A DNA stretch of 64,000 bases from Eledone cirrhosa (GCA_964016885.1 OZ024760.1:682001-746000); one strand, 5' to 3'. Numbered from the stretch's first letter, positions 1 to 14,212 are shown. Notes: generated from the sequence alone by a model not told the origin. Numbers and translations: made by a program.

Positions 1-356
1 TATAGGTGAGTCTGTGTACGGGTTTTTGTGTGCGCGCGTGTGTACATGTGTGTACATGAGTATGTGTTTACATTGTGTGTATATATAAGTGTGTGTTTGT
101 ACGTGTGTGTACATGAGTGTGTATTTACGTGTGCGTATATATGTGTGTGTGTGTACGTGTGGGTACATAAGTGTGTGTTTGTGTGCGTGTACGTGTGTGT
201 GTATATAAGTGTGTGTGACTGTGTGTGTACGTGGGTGTACATAAGTGTGATTTTGTGTGTGTGTGTGTTTATGTGTGTGATGCGTGTGTGTGTGTTTGCT
301 TATGTGTGTGTGTGTCTGTGTGTTTGTGTGTGTGTGTCTGTGTGTTTGTGTGTGTG

Positions 357-391
<35 letters not shown>

Positions 392-460
392 TTGTGTGTG
401 TGTGTTTGTCTGTGTGTGTGCGTGCGTGTGTGTGTCTGTGTGTTTGTGTGTGTGTGTGTA
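1..460. repeat. Degenerate (TG)n microsatellite
   Basis: Near-continuous TG dinucleotides; overlapping CVCV/HTHT ORFs are artefacts. Confidence 0.95.
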
Positions 461-600
461 GATTTTATTGTGCAATAGAAGGAAAGTGGAACAAACAGAC
501 ACAGAAGTGACAGACTGGCAACAGATATTAAGATACAATAAAATGCGACATATGTAATCAACAGACCATAATAGATTCTTGGTAAATGTATATATTTATA

Positions 601-645
<45 letters not shown>

Positions 646-646
646 C

Positions 647-795
<149 letters not shown>

Positions 796-1017
796 GTATA
801 TATATATATGTATATATATATATGTATATATATGTATATATATATACATATATACATATATATGTGTGAGTGTGGATGTATGTATGACAGAGAGATTGAA
901 GCGACAGTTCGAAAAGCAAGTCACAATGAAATAGAAAATGAAAAGGGAAAATATATATATTTTTCGCCAACAAAACCACTAGAAAATACACAGCTAAACT
1001 CATACATACCAAGAAGG

Positions 1018-1091
<74 letters not shown>

Positions 1092-1187
1092 GTTTGTATG
1101 TATATATACACACACACACACATATATATACATATGACTATATATGTACACGAATATGTATGAATCTATATATATATACCAAGAAGG

Positions 1188-1239
<52 letters not shown>

Positions 1240-1240
1240 A

Positions 1241-1323
1241 ACACATATATGCCCTAGAAACGATCGTTAAATAGTGAACTTTTTTTGTTTAATATAAGGA
1301 ATTGTTTGTTCATTATTTGTTTA

Positions 1324-1330
<7 letters not shown>
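1241..1330 (+). mobile_element. 5'-truncated copy of the long-stem-II hammerhead element family (3' half only)
   Basis: ACACATATATGCCCTA-GAAAC-GATC-GTT-AAATAGTGAAC...TTAATATTTT matches 62240-62340 and 12390-12475; flanked by (TA)n on both sides. Confidence 0.75.
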
Positions 1331-1404
<74 letters not shown>

Positions 1405-1405
1405 G

Positions 1406-1490
<85 letters not shown>

Positions 1491-1592
1491 CATAGCTAAA
1501 CTCCTACAGTGGCTGTTCATCAACTATTGTAAAATATATACGAGAATGGTGGTACTACACACACTCATAATATATATATATATATTTGTATA

Positions 1593-1636
<44 letters not shown>

Positions 1637-2307
1637 TGTATATGTATATATGTATGTGTATATATGTATGTATGTATATATACACACACACACACACACA
1701 TATTAATACATATGACTATATATGTACACGAATATGTATGAATCTATATATGCGTATTTATACATAAATACATACATACATACACACACACATACATACA
1801 TACATACATACATACATACATACATACATACATACATACATACATACATACATACATACATACATACATACATACATACATACATACACGTACATATGAC
1901 CACATACATACATATAAAAAAAAACATGGGAGGAAAAATGCAAACTAATAAAAAAAAACGTGTCTTTGACAAGCCAAGGCATTTTTAATGCATCACCATT
2001 TCGGAAAGGTCGCTTCTGTCATAGACGTTTATGGTTTATAGATTGCTTGAGGAAAAGTTAAAAACAAAGGAAGCATAAAAATAGTTGATAAATACGCATG
2101 AAAGAATCAACTTAAGAGCTTTTGGTTTGGATAATGTATCTATAAAACCCTCGTTTAAACTGGTGGAAAATGGAGTTGTGAAGCTGAAGAGATGAGCCAC
2201 ACAATAATGTAAACACAATCCCTGTCCCTCTTTAACTATCAGTCTGCCTGTCTGTCTGTCTGTCTGTCTATCTGTCTATTTATCTATCTCTCCATCTATC
2301 TATCGGA

Positions 2308-2445
<138 letters not shown>

Positions 2446-3533
2446 CTATATATATATATATATATATATATTAAGGAAGGCGGAGCTGCTTGGTTACTGA
2501 TAACGAGCGTTAGACGGTAAGGTGACACAAACAAGAGATGGAAAGTTTCCCTTCGTCAGCTGTTTACTACGAGTCATGGATGTTTCGGCGCATTATAAAC
2601 AGAACATCGATCCATAGCGCGCCCGTAGCCTTTTATCTATCAAAAAGCCATGAGGGAAAGACGTGAGAGCGAAGAGAGATAAAGAAAGAAAAAAAGGGAG
2701 AAGAAAAAAAGGAAACAGTAAACATAACGATAGAAAGGGGAACACAGGACAATGGCACATATAAGTGAGTAACTAAAGAGAAAATAGATCAAGTTAAACA
2801 AAGCCGTTGGGTTTAAGCCCGGAGGCTATAATAACAGGAGCAGGTGAATCCAATAGACATATATATACATATATATATATATGTGTGTGTGTGTATGTCT
2901 ATCTCTCTATATATCTATTAGACTGTCTGCCTAACTGTCTGTCTGCCTGTCTATATATCGGACTGTCCATCTGCTTATCGGACTGTCTCTCTGTGTCGGT
3001 CTGTGTAATTCGTTTCGTTTTATCAAGCATACATCATACCAGCAGAAATATTTATTTTCTGTTGTACGAGCCGGCAATTTTATGGCGTCCTCTCAAGTTA
3101 AGTCGTGCGAAACTACATCCCGTATGAGAGTCGATGAGGTTAAATGATGTTTGTGTGATCTTTTCTCGTCCATTTTCTTCCTTTGTTCCTTTCTTCCTAT
3201 CACTTCCTCGGGCCAACACATTTCTAGCCACTGATTTCTGTCCTTTCAGGCAAATTTTACCAGATGCCGTCACTGGCGGCATTTTGTTGTTTTAACAGCT
3301 TTTCATGCGTTGAGCTTTTCTCAGTATTCTACGATTCCTAATACACACGCACTACAACACAATCTTCAAGAAAACTTTGAATATATATATATATATATAT
3401 ATACTGAAGTAAAAGTGTAAATATCCAAGAGTAAGGGCACTCAGTCGATAGGACGACTTTAGTATTAACTTTTTCTAAATTACCTGCCCCTGCGTGAACT
3501 TTGGCGGCCATTTTTGTCTTTCATTTTTCTCAT

Positions 3534-3585
3534 GACAGGCTGAAGAAATTGGGGCCATGAACCCAACGAAACTTGAGTACCTGTC
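3534..3585 (+). ncRNA. Type I hammerhead ribozyme motif (minimal, Penelope-type)
   Basis: GACAGG-CTGAAGA-aaTTGGGgccatgaaCCCAAc-GAAAC-ttga-GTA-CCTGTC. Stem I GACAGG/CCTGTC, stem II TTGGG/CCCAA, short stem III, GUA cleavage triplet. Lies in a ~200-bp island (3403-3600) between (TA)n arrays. Confidence 0.85.
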
Positions 3586-3604
3586 TATGTCACTGTTGTA
3601 ATTA

Positions 3605-3703
<99 letters not shown>

Positions 3704-3796
3704 ATATAAGCAAAAAGTAAACAGAAATAACAAGGCAAACGGCAACGTACAATGCAGAAATGTATTAGCTTAACGCTTGCTATAGTAGGTAGAAAG

Positions 3797-3832
3797 TCTT
3801 ACCGTTTTGGACACTAGTCCTTCATCAGAAGA
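3797..3832 (-). ncRNA. Degenerate minimal hammerhead motif
   Basis: Minus strand TCTT-CTGATGA-aGGACtagtGTCC-AAAAC-GGT-AAGA (GAAA mutated to AAAA); same family as 4656-4691. Confidence 0.6.
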
Positions 3833-3940
3833 TGGAATGGGAAATAAAACATGAAATAGAAAGATAGATAGTTAGAAGACGGAGAAAAAGAAAAAGAACT
3901 TTTGAGTAAAACCACGTGTGCATTCAGTCAGCCATTGACC

Positions 3941-4056
<116 letters not shown>

Positions 4057-4134
4057 AGTATTTTCGTGGAAAAGGTTCAGCCTCACTTTCATTTATAATA
4101 GATTTTAATTTCATATCTTATATCCATAATAAAG

Positions 4135-4207
4135 ATTCTATCTGATGAGCGATACCAGACGTTTCTGTTAGAATCGTCTAACTTCGCGAAACCTTGGGTA
4201 ATGGAAT
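4135..4207 (+). ncRNA. Type I hammerhead ribozyme motif
   Basis: ATTCTAT-CTGATGA-GCGA(...)TCGC-GAAACC-ttg-GGTA-ATGGAAT. Stem I 7 bp with one G-U pair, stem II GCGA/TCGC, stem III ACC/GGT, GUA site. Confidence 0.85.
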
Positions 4208-4224
4208 AATTATATTGTGTTGTT

Positions 4225-4318
<94 letters not shown>

Positions 4319-4655
4319 CACTACTCTCCTTCTCCGTTTTCATTCCAACCATCCACATTCAGTCGTCGTTCATATAAATAAATGCATTTCGTAACTTGAT
4401 CGCAATTTATGCAGAAAAATGACTGACCATCCGCCATTTTAAGGCTGTAATGTTTAAATCATTATAATCATCATTATCATCATCATTATCCTTATCATCA
4501 CCATCATTGTCATTATTACCATCATCACGATCATCATCATATATATGAGTTTTCCAAAAGATGTCAACATGAATGGACCTGTTATTTTCATCTAAAGACA
4601 CTTGTTTCCAATTCCACCCCGCTCGTCCCTTCAATCTATCTTATTTCTCATTCTT

Positions 4656-4691
4656 TCTTCCGGTGAAGGACTAGCGTCCGAAACGTTAAGA
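4656..4691 (+). ncRNA. Degenerate minimal hammerhead motif
   Basis: TCTT-CCGGTGA-aGGACtagcGTCC-GAAACGTT-AAGA. Core decayed from CTGATGA; palindromic AACGTT at stem III. Confidence 0.6.
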
Positions 4692-4802
4692 CCTTCTTCC
4701 TGCTATTTTAAGCGTTTTACCTAATATATCCCTTCCATATACTGTACCGAATGTGTTGTTATTTCTGTTTACCTTTTACATGCACACACACACACACACA
4801 CA

Positions 4803-4875
<73 letters not shown>

Positions 4876-5500
4876 TATTGAGTGAAATTACAGGAAGCCG
4901 TACTGGTGAAATGCCTTCAAAGATTTATTTCAGAAAATACTATACAATTCAGTGGCCAGGACATCATCGGGTGTATATTGCATAATAGTTATATAATAAA
5001 GGAATACTTTAAAGAGGCTATTCGGAGAGAAAGCAGAAAAAAATAGAAAAAACAGAGAAAAAAATGTTTTTGACTGGAAGGCGATCAAGAGGGTCAGTTG
5101 TTGACAGTTTGACTGTACTCAATACAAAGATCATTTCCTTCGAATGAAACAGTTCTAGTCCTGTGTATGATGACGGTGACGATGATGATGATATGTTACG
5201 AGAAAGGTAGAGAGAGAGAAAGGTAGAGAGAGAGGGAGAATCAAAGAGAGAAAGAGAGAAAAAGAGACAAAGTGAAAAAGCGAGAGAGGGAGAGGGTAAA
5301 GAGAACGAAAACGAAAAAGAGAGAGAGAGAGTGTGTGTGAGAGAGAAAGGCAGAGAGAGAGGGGGGAGAGAGAGAAAGAAAGGTAGTGAGAGAGAAGGGT
5401 AGAGAGAGAGGGGGACAGAGAGAGAGAGAGAGAGAGAGATGTGTGTAGGGAGGGGATGTAAAGTAGGTGGTAAAATTCCTTGTTTACACTTATTTTGCAG

Positions 5501-5625
5501 ACATTTTCTCAGCAATTTTCCAAATGGACGTTAGGGTCTGTTGTGCTAACATTTGATGAGAAAACAAACAGCGAAAGACGGAATAGAAAGTTTGGTAAAT
5601 TTGCTGCTACTTTCAGAGAAGGGGT
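5501..5625 (+). pseudogene. Possible piggyBac transposase fragment
   Basis: Translation [27 protein letters not shown] resembles the piggyBac motif LRFDDKxxRxERRxxDKFAAIRE (recalled, not searched); short and isolated. Confidence 0.3.
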
Positions 5626-5688
5626 AATATGTAATATTGTGTGGAGGGGTAAGACAGGGGGTGAGAGGCAGACACGGATAGGGATAAC

Positions 5689-5750
<62 letters not shown>

Positions 5751-5798
5751 TTGTGTGTGTGTGTGTGTTTGTTTGTGTGTGGTGTGTGTGTATGTAAA

Positions 5799-5829
<31 letters not shown>

Positions 5830-5925
5830 TAAGCGTACACACACACATATATATATATACATACATATATATATACATATATATATGTGTATATATATGT
5901 ATATACATGTATATAAATGTGACAC

Positions 5926-5966
<41 letters not shown>

Positions 5967-6019
5967 TATATATATATATGTATATATAAGTATGTATATA
6001 TGTATATATATATACATAT

Positions 6020-6074
6020 ATGACACACTTACGCATTCACACACTCACATACATACCTATACCTATATATATAA

Positions 6075-6110
<36 letters not shown>

Positions 6111-6215
6111 CACACGTATTCACACACTCACACACATACCTATATATATATATATATACACACACATACATATATATATATATGACACACGTATTCACAC
6201 ATACACACACTTACC

Positions 6216-6247
<32 letters not shown>

Positions 6248-6433
6248 TATATATATACACACATATACATATATATATATATGACACACGTATTCACACA
6301 TACACGCACATACCTATATATATATATATATACACACATATACATATATATATACACACATATACATATATATATACACACATATACATATATATATATA
6401 TGACACACGTATTCACACATACACACACATACC

Positions 6434-6467
<34 letters not shown>

Positions 6468-6516
6468 TACATATATATATATATGACACACGTATTCACA
6501 CATACACGCACATACC

Positions 6517-6548
<32 letters not shown>

Positions 6549-6595
6549 TATATATATATATATGACACACGTATTCACACATACACGCACATACC

Positions 6596-6627
<32 letters not shown>

Positions 6628-6998
6628 TATATATATATATATGACACACGTATTCACACATACACACACATACCTATATATATATATATATATACACACA
6701 CATACATATATATATATATGACACACGTATTCACACATACACGCACATACCTATATATATATATATACACACACATACATATATATATATATATGACACA
6801 CGTATTCACACATACACGCACATACCTATATATATATATATATACACACACATACATATATATATATATGACACACGTATTCACACATACACGCACATAC
6901 CTATATATATATATATATACACACATATACATATATATATACACACATATACATATATATATATATGACACACGTATTCACACATACACACACATACC

Positions 6999-7032
<34 letters not shown>

Positions 7033-7081
7033 TACATATATATATATATGACACACGTATTCACACATACACACACATACC

Positions 7082-7115
<34 letters not shown>

Positions 7116-7285
7116 TACATATATATATATATGACACACGTATTCACACATACACGCACATACCTATATATATATATATATACACACATATACATATATA
7201 TATATACACACATATACATATATATATACACACATATACATATATATATATATGACACACGTATTCACACATACACGCACATACC

Positions 7286-7317
<32 letters not shown>

Positions 7318-7450
7318 TATATATATATATACATATACATATATATATATATGACACACGTATTCACACATACACACACATACCTATATATATATATATA
7401 CACATATATATATATATGACATACGTATTCACACATACACACACATACCA
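6020..7450. repeat. Compound microsatellite-derived minisatellite array
   Basis: Roughly 18 units of TATGACACACGTATTCACACATACAC(G/A)CACATACC + (TA)n + CACACATATACA, unit length ~70-120 bp depending on TA length. Confidence 0.9.
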
Positions 7451-7721
7451 AAATGGAGGTCGAGTGTCTAAAGTGGCTCTGGTCGGTGAGAGTAAAATAA
7501 ACACACAGACCCGACTTACGTCGGGTCTCAATTTACAAAAGTCGTGACGTTATGGCGTCAGGTATGATTTTTAGCTTGCGACCACGTGACACTTCTGTTT
7601 ATATAGCGCTAGACGAGAAAGGATATAACGGTAAATATAGGGAATTTTACGTAGCCCCCCCCCCCTCTCTCTCTCTCTGCATGCATATATATATATATAT
7701 ATGCATATATAATATATATAT

Positions 7722-7912
7722 AATTGTTTCTACTTTTGGCACAAGGCCATCAATTACGCAGTACATTACTGGTACTTTATTTTATCGACCCCCGTAAGGG
7801 TGAAAGGCAAAGTTAACCTCGGCGGGATTTGAACACAGACTGTAAAGGGAGGACGTAACTATACTGGAAAGCATGGCGTCCGACTCTCTACCGATACTGC
7901 CAATCCACACCC
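7722..7912 (-). mobile_element. tRNA-derived SINE with Nin/Deu-like central domain
   Basis: Reverse complement has A-box TGGCAGTATCGG, B-box GTTCAAATCC and core GCCTTTCA.CCTTACGGGGGTCGATAAAATAAAGTACCAGT. Confidence 0.85.
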
Positions 7913-7930
7913 GTTATATAATATATATAT

Positions 7931-8146
7931 AATGGTTTCTTATATAGGCACAAAGCCAGTAATTTGGGGAGAGGACACAGTCGATTAAATTGACCCCAGT
8001 GCGTGACTGGTACTTTATTTTATGGACCCCGTAAGGATAAAAGGCAAAGCTAACCTCGATGGGATTTGAACTCAGATCATAAAGGGGCGTGAACCTATGC
8101 TGCAAAGCATGGCGTCCGACCTATACCGATACTGCCAATCCATTGC
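7931..8146 (-). mobile_element. tRNA-derived Nin-like SINE (longer 3' variant)
   Basis: Same head and core, with extra GGGGTCAATTTAATCGAC segment. Confidence 0.85.
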
Positions 8147-8482
8147 TTGAAGCATTGTTGAAGTGGAAACACAAATTTAAATAATTTTGAAAACCATACA
8201 ATGCATTAGAAAATTAAAATTGCTAAGATAACAATAGAATATTACCTTAGCAAATTTAATAATCCCAAATATTTTGGGGTTTAAAAATCCACTATCAAGG
8301 GAGTATCTCTGTGAAAGACTTAAAAGATCGATCGGAGATGATTTGTTAGGGAGACAGATTTAAGTTAAATGTAATGAAAATATGTTAAAATTTGAAGTGT
8401 ACACGTTGTGAAATGTCGGGGGAAACGTGTATGACATATGCATGTGTGTGTGTGAATATAAGTGTGTTTTGTGGGATGTATA

Positions 8483-8521
<39 letters not shown>

Positions 8522-8589
8522 GATAACAAGTTATCGTTTTAGGTAATCCAGTTAGAGGTTGTGAGTACTTTGTATAGTTTTAACGTATG

Positions 8590-8728
8590 GCGTTGTTTGA
8601 CTCAAAACACTCACAGGACCATAAATATTACATGTGTAAAGTTTGAAAACAAACGGTTGGGTGGTTCTCGAGTTTTAGTGATCGAATAGACAGACAGACA
8701 GACACTCTCTGTTTTAGATATATAGATT
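8590..8728 (-). mobile_element. Helitron-like non-autonomous terminal fragment
   Basis: ...(CAGA)n...TTTTAGATATATAGAT end resembles the terminus of the Helitrons at 9485 and 33781. Confidence 0.45.
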
Positions 8729-8816
8729 TGCTCTATGGTATTATATATTTTGCTATATATATTATCCCTATCGAGCCCTCTTCGGATTTTAGTCTTCACA
8801 TTTATTATTATTACTA
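8729..8816 (+). mobile_element. 3' end of hammerhead element family B
   Basis: TTGCTCTA...TATCGAGCCCTCTT(C/T)GGATTTTAGTCTTCA...TTATTAC then (TA)n; matches 48670-48756. Confidence 0.7.
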
Positions 8817-9082
8817 TATATATATATATATTGTGTAAATATGTCTTAAGCTTTTTCCCTTGATATTGTGTGTCTGCTATTGAAATATTAATATTTATAT
8901 ATTATATTGTATTATATGTAATTGAAATATAAGTATGTGTCCGGTATTGAGATACTGATATGTAATATTATATGGATTTGAACTGCCTATATCTCCGTAT
9001 ATTTATTGTCTATTATATATATTTATTTATATATATATATTTTTCACCATACTTTTAAATATTATATGGTATTATTATTTTT

Positions 9083-9180
9083 TTAACTTTGCCTTTCATC
9101 CTTACGGGGTCGATAAAATAAAGTACCAGTAATGTACTGGGTAATTGCTGGCCTTGTGCCTAAAGTAGAAACAATTATTT
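9083..9180 (+). mobile_element. 5'-truncated Nin-like SINE
   Basis: TTAACTTTGCCTTTCATCCTTACGGGGTCGATAAAATAAAGTACCAG...GAAACAATTATT. Confidence 0.85.
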
Positions 9181-9484
9181 TTTTACCCTGTGAAATACAT
9201 TATGCTTTTATACACAATTTGTTGACTGTAAATGATACGTAGGATGTATTTTTATATATTTTTTTTATGTCAATATATTATTTTCATTGGTTTTGGTATT
9301 GTTTAATCACACCGTCAGGGTGATTATTCTATTATAATGCTTATATTCATATTTATATTTGTGTTATTATGTGTATGTGTAAATGTGTATATATATGTGT
9401 CAGAGTGAGTGTGGATATATATATATATATATATATATTAAGTTTTATTTCTGTATTATCTATTGTATGGTATTGTATATTGTA

Positions 9485-10339
9485 CTAGCAGTAAAGCCCG
9501 GCGTTGCTCGGGGTCGCTCAGTAGCTGTGTTAAAGTTACAATGTTAAGTTTCTTTCTTGGCTTAAAAACTGTAGTGTCTACTGTGCAGACTTGCATGTGG
9601 TGTTTTTGATTAATATTCCCTCAACCAACAATATGCCTTATGAAGTTAAGAAAACATAACGATAACCCGAATGTTATAACAAAAGAGGATGTTGGGAATA
9701 GAAACTGCACTGGTTATTTATTAACAAAGATCGAAAATGTAAACACTGCAACGCAGAGAAAAACATTAGCGTAACCAAATTATCAGTTATGTCTGTCTGC
9801 ACGCCTATATCACCTCTCTGCACGACTGTCTGTCTGCACGCCTATATCACCTCTCTGCACGACTGTCTGTCTGCACGCCTATATCATCTGTCTGCACGAC
9901 TGTCTGTCTGCACGCCTAACGACGAAATATTTGCTTGTTTTACGTAGTCTTTAAATAGACTTGTTTTCAAGTAAAAATATTGTTTTAAAATGCTTTTAAA
10001 TGGAAATGAAGCAAAACGGAAGCTTAGTGTTCGAACTGATGAATTTTGCAGGTCAATATTTTGCTGGCTCGACGAAAGCCAGCGTAATTGTTTACGTAAG
10101 CCGCTCAATGTAAACAGAACAAAGGGAAATAACTGATAACTTACGCTCAAAAATCGATACATTATATTCGATTTCGTCACATAGGGTGGGTCAATTTGAA
10201 ATTTTTTTTTTCCGATGTCTTCGCTAGGGCTCAATGTACAAGTATAGCAATTTCGGTGCAATTCCATGAGAGATTCTAAGAGGAGATGTGTGCCAAAAAT
10301 CGATAGACAGACAGACAACCACAGTTTTATATATATAGA
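9485..10339 (-). mobile_element. Non-autonomous Helitron, copy 1
   Basis: Minus strand begins TC(TATATATA) and ends with hairpin CCCGAGCAACGCCGGG then CTAG; inserted between A and T with no TSD; internal 36-bp tandem repeats and (CTGT)n. Confidence 0.85.
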
Positions 10340-10587
10340 TTATAATTCTCACATTGTATTACTATGTTGTATTTCAAGTATTAGATTTATATTGTACTTT
10401 TAACTTGGGTTTGTTTAATGTTTAATGTCTTGCTTGCTCTATTGCCCTATAGCCTTTATTTACAAATGCACCATATTAGGTTTAGCATGTCTTTCCATGA
10501 TAATTCTCCCAAATTTTCATAAATATCCATTCCATGTTCTTCTGAGTTTTGGCCTGTTCTGGCCGTTAATACCTCTTGTCTTTTTCC

Positions 10588-10632
10588 TTGCTCTGATGAG
10601 TCCTGGTTAATGGGACGAAACACTGTCAGCAA
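10588..10632 (+). ncRNA. Canonical type I hammerhead ribozyme motif
   Basis: TTGCT-CTGATGA-GTCCtggttaatgGGAC-GAAAC-act-GTC-AGCAA. Perfect core and GUC site, overlapped/followed by AATAAA, as in Penelope pLTRs. Confidence 0.9.
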
Positions 10633-10790
10633 ATAAAGATTTTTGATGTATTGAAGGCTTCTTTGTTTATTTTATATAATTTTTCGGCTCTGTTGGAAAA
10701 CATTGAGCTTTACCCTATACTGTCTTTTCTCTAATACGACGAGTGTGTGTTGACTCCAATGCACTCAAGTATTCTAATCTTATATATATA

Positions 10791-11747
<957 letters not shown>

Positions 11748-11772
11748 GATATATATGTTTATACATATATAT

Positions 11773-11822
<50 letters not shown>

Positions 11823-12125
11823 ACACATATATATATATATATATATAAGGAGGAATTTTAAACTATTATGCAATTATACTCATTCCTGCACCACATCAAA
11901 AACAACAACATAACCACCACCGCCACCGCCACCACAACCACCACCACCACCACAACCATAACCACCACCATAACCACCGCCGCCACAACCACTATCAACT
12001 CACATATCACCACCATTGTTCACTATACTTTAAAGAGAGGAAACAGAGCCTTTCGATGGTAAGCCATACCACTCAAACAACGATCATTGATATACACTAT
12101 GATTGATGTATGTTATACTATACTT

Positions 12126-12185
<60 letters not shown>

Positions 12186-12201
12186 ATCTATATAAATATA
12201 C

Positions 12202-12246
<45 letters not shown>

Positions 12247-12248
12247 AG

Positions 12249-12288
<40 letters not shown>

Positions 12289-12424
12289 CATTATTTCTGA
12301 AGACAGCATATATATGTGTAGGTATGTATATTCCCTCTGATAGTTTGTAAAAATTTTACATAGATCTATAGAATATGCATACCAACACTAACATATATAT
12401 CCTAGAAACGATCGTAAAATGATG
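12289..12424 (+). ncRNA. Type I hammerhead motif with ~100-nt stem II insertion
   Basis: CATTATTT-CTGAAGA-(long insert)-GAAAC-GATC-GTA-AAATGATG. Stem I 8 bp, palindromic stem III ACGATCGT, GUA site; homologous to 62123-62277. Confidence 0.75.
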
Positions 12425-12542
12425 AATTTTTTAATATAAGGAACTGTTTCTTTGTTTATTCATTATTTTATTAATTTATATATATATATATATATAATAT
12501 AAGATCAAAAGATGGTTAAAAGTATTATATATATATATATAT

Positions 12543-12734
12543 AACAAAGGAGTTGTGGTAAGGAACCAGATGGACCATAACGCACCAGAGTACTCAATAC
12601 TTAGGGTAGTAGAGTGAGTAATAGGAACATGTATGACCCCGACGGCAGAGAACAAGCCGTTTCGACGGCTATTTCTGGAGTCCAGAAATAGCCGTCGAAA
12701 CGGCTTGAGCTCTGCCGTCGGGGTCATACTTTTT

Positions 12735-12737
<3 letters not shown>
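12543..12737 (-). mobile_element. Fold-back (TA)n-inserted element, family A
   Basis: ~58-bp inverted arms (AGGAAC..GACCCCGACGGC..AAGCCGTTTCGACGGCTA) plus ~75-bp unique tail; flanked by (TA)n. Confidence 0.9.
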
Positions 12738-12779
<42 letters not shown>

Positions 12780-13167
12780 AAAGAGAAAGACAGACAGACA
12801 GAGAAATATATGAATGTGGTATATATGTGTGAGTGTTTGTGTTGTCTGTTTAGCTTTACTGCTTATTGATGTCGTCTAAGACATTTATTCTAAAATAAAG
12901 AGAAATAGATCGATAATATAAGCCCCAGGCTTAAAAAAAAAATCAATATGATCGACTAAGATTCCTTCAATGTGATGCACCAGAATGGCCAAATTCTGAA
13001 CCCTGAAACCAGTAGAAATATATGGAGCAGTTTCAGCCTTACTCAGCGCTGTATATTTTACTGTCTGGGCCTATATTTCATCTCTATTATCCGAATTCTC
13101 GATATTTCGACAGTTTACAATATATTCGGACTTGGAATATTGACATTGATAGCATGTATAGACCGAC

Positions 13168-13462
13168 TAGCGATTATCGCAGTGTATTACTGGTACTTTA
13201 TTTTATCGACCCCGTAAGGATGAAAGGCAAAGTTAACCTCGGCGGGATTTGAACTCAGCCCGTAAAGGGACGTAACTCTGCTGCAAAGCATGGCGTAGAG
13301 GGTGGGACGCCATGCTTTGCAGCACAGTTACGTCCCTTTACGGACTGAGTTCAAATCCCGCCGAGGTTAACTTTACCTTTCATCCTTACGGGGTCGATAA
13401 AATAAAGTACCAGTAATACACTGGGATAATTGCTGGCCTTGTGCCAAAAGTAGAAACAGTTA
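13168..13462. mobile_element. Head-to-head inverted pair of Nin-like SINEs
   Basis: Minus copy 13168-13296 abuts plus copy 13297-13462; both lack the A-box end. Confidence 0.85.
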
Positions 13463-13472
13463 TCTTACTCAC

Positions 13473-13818
13473 TTGCTTATGATGGCATCATATACGTGTA
13501 ATATTTTTATAACCGTATGTCTGCCAGCAACATCGTTCATAACAAAAGGATATATCCAGACTACAGATGGATTTATTTTGATATACAGGAATTTTAGGGA
13601 TGGTGTATTGGCAAAATTTGAAAATCGTCGGAACAGACTGCCAAATGGACTTGAAACGCTTTCTCCATTCTGTCCGCTGGGGCTGTGGGTAGGCCAGCAC
13701 GTGGGACACCATTTGCTCACCATACAGCGAGATAGAGAGGGCGAGCGAGATGGAGGCGATGACAGTGGTAGTTCGAATCTTCCACGTTCGGACCATATCC
13801 TTGTATTGTGTTCATTAT
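13473..13818 (-). other. Possible host exon (unique, open sequence)
   Basis: Non-repetitive 346 bp, open in frame 13469..13825(-); ends at a strong donor AA|GTGAGT (13472-13467); candidate acceptors at 13819 and 13561. No family recognised. Confidence 0.2.
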
Positions 13819-13822
13819 CTAG

Positions 13823-13963
13823 CAAAGAGTTACGGCCCTTTATGGTCTGAGTTCAAATCCCGCCGAGGTTAACTTCGCCTTCCATCCTTACGGGGTCGAT
13901 AAAATAAAGTACCAGTAATGCACTGGGATAATTGCTGGCCTTGTGCCAAAAGTAGAAATAATT
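13823..13963 (+). mobile_element. 5'-truncated Nin-like SINE
   Basis: B-box GAGTTCAAATCC and Nin-like core. Confidence 0.85.
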
Positions 13964-14023
13964 ATCTATAGAGTTCATTCTTTTTTTTAGAAACTCTTTT
14001 TACATTTTGTTGATTTCCACTAA

Positions 14024-14212
14024 CTACTCCTTTGGGAGCCCCTACATGGACACACTAGAAGAGGAAGACCAAGGTTAACGTATGTTGATGCCCTAAGGAC
14101 AGACACTGGTCTGTTGGAGGTGCAGGACATGGCAGCGATAATGAGGGACAGAGACCGCTGGAGAGAACTCGTCCATGGATCTCGGGAATTTTACCCGCCT
14201 TAGATAGATAGA
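14024..14212 (+). mobile_element. 3' end of an RTE-clade LINE
   Basis: Translates LLLWEPLHGHTRRGRPRLTYVDALRTDTG...MRDRDRWRELV*, the RTE C-terminal GxRxRGRP...DRxxWR motif; followed by a (TAGA)n tail. Confidence 0.75.

Noticed and set aside
2530-2630. Minus-strand CTGACGA/GAAAC fragments (similar weak cases at 4930-4975, 35000-35040 and 38700-38750)
   Set aside because: I could not build a consistent three-stem fold; they may be decayed copies but are not supportable.
12476-12869. Recurrent peptide [11 protein letters not shown] on both strands
   Set aside because: A by-product of the palindrome; frames break between copies.
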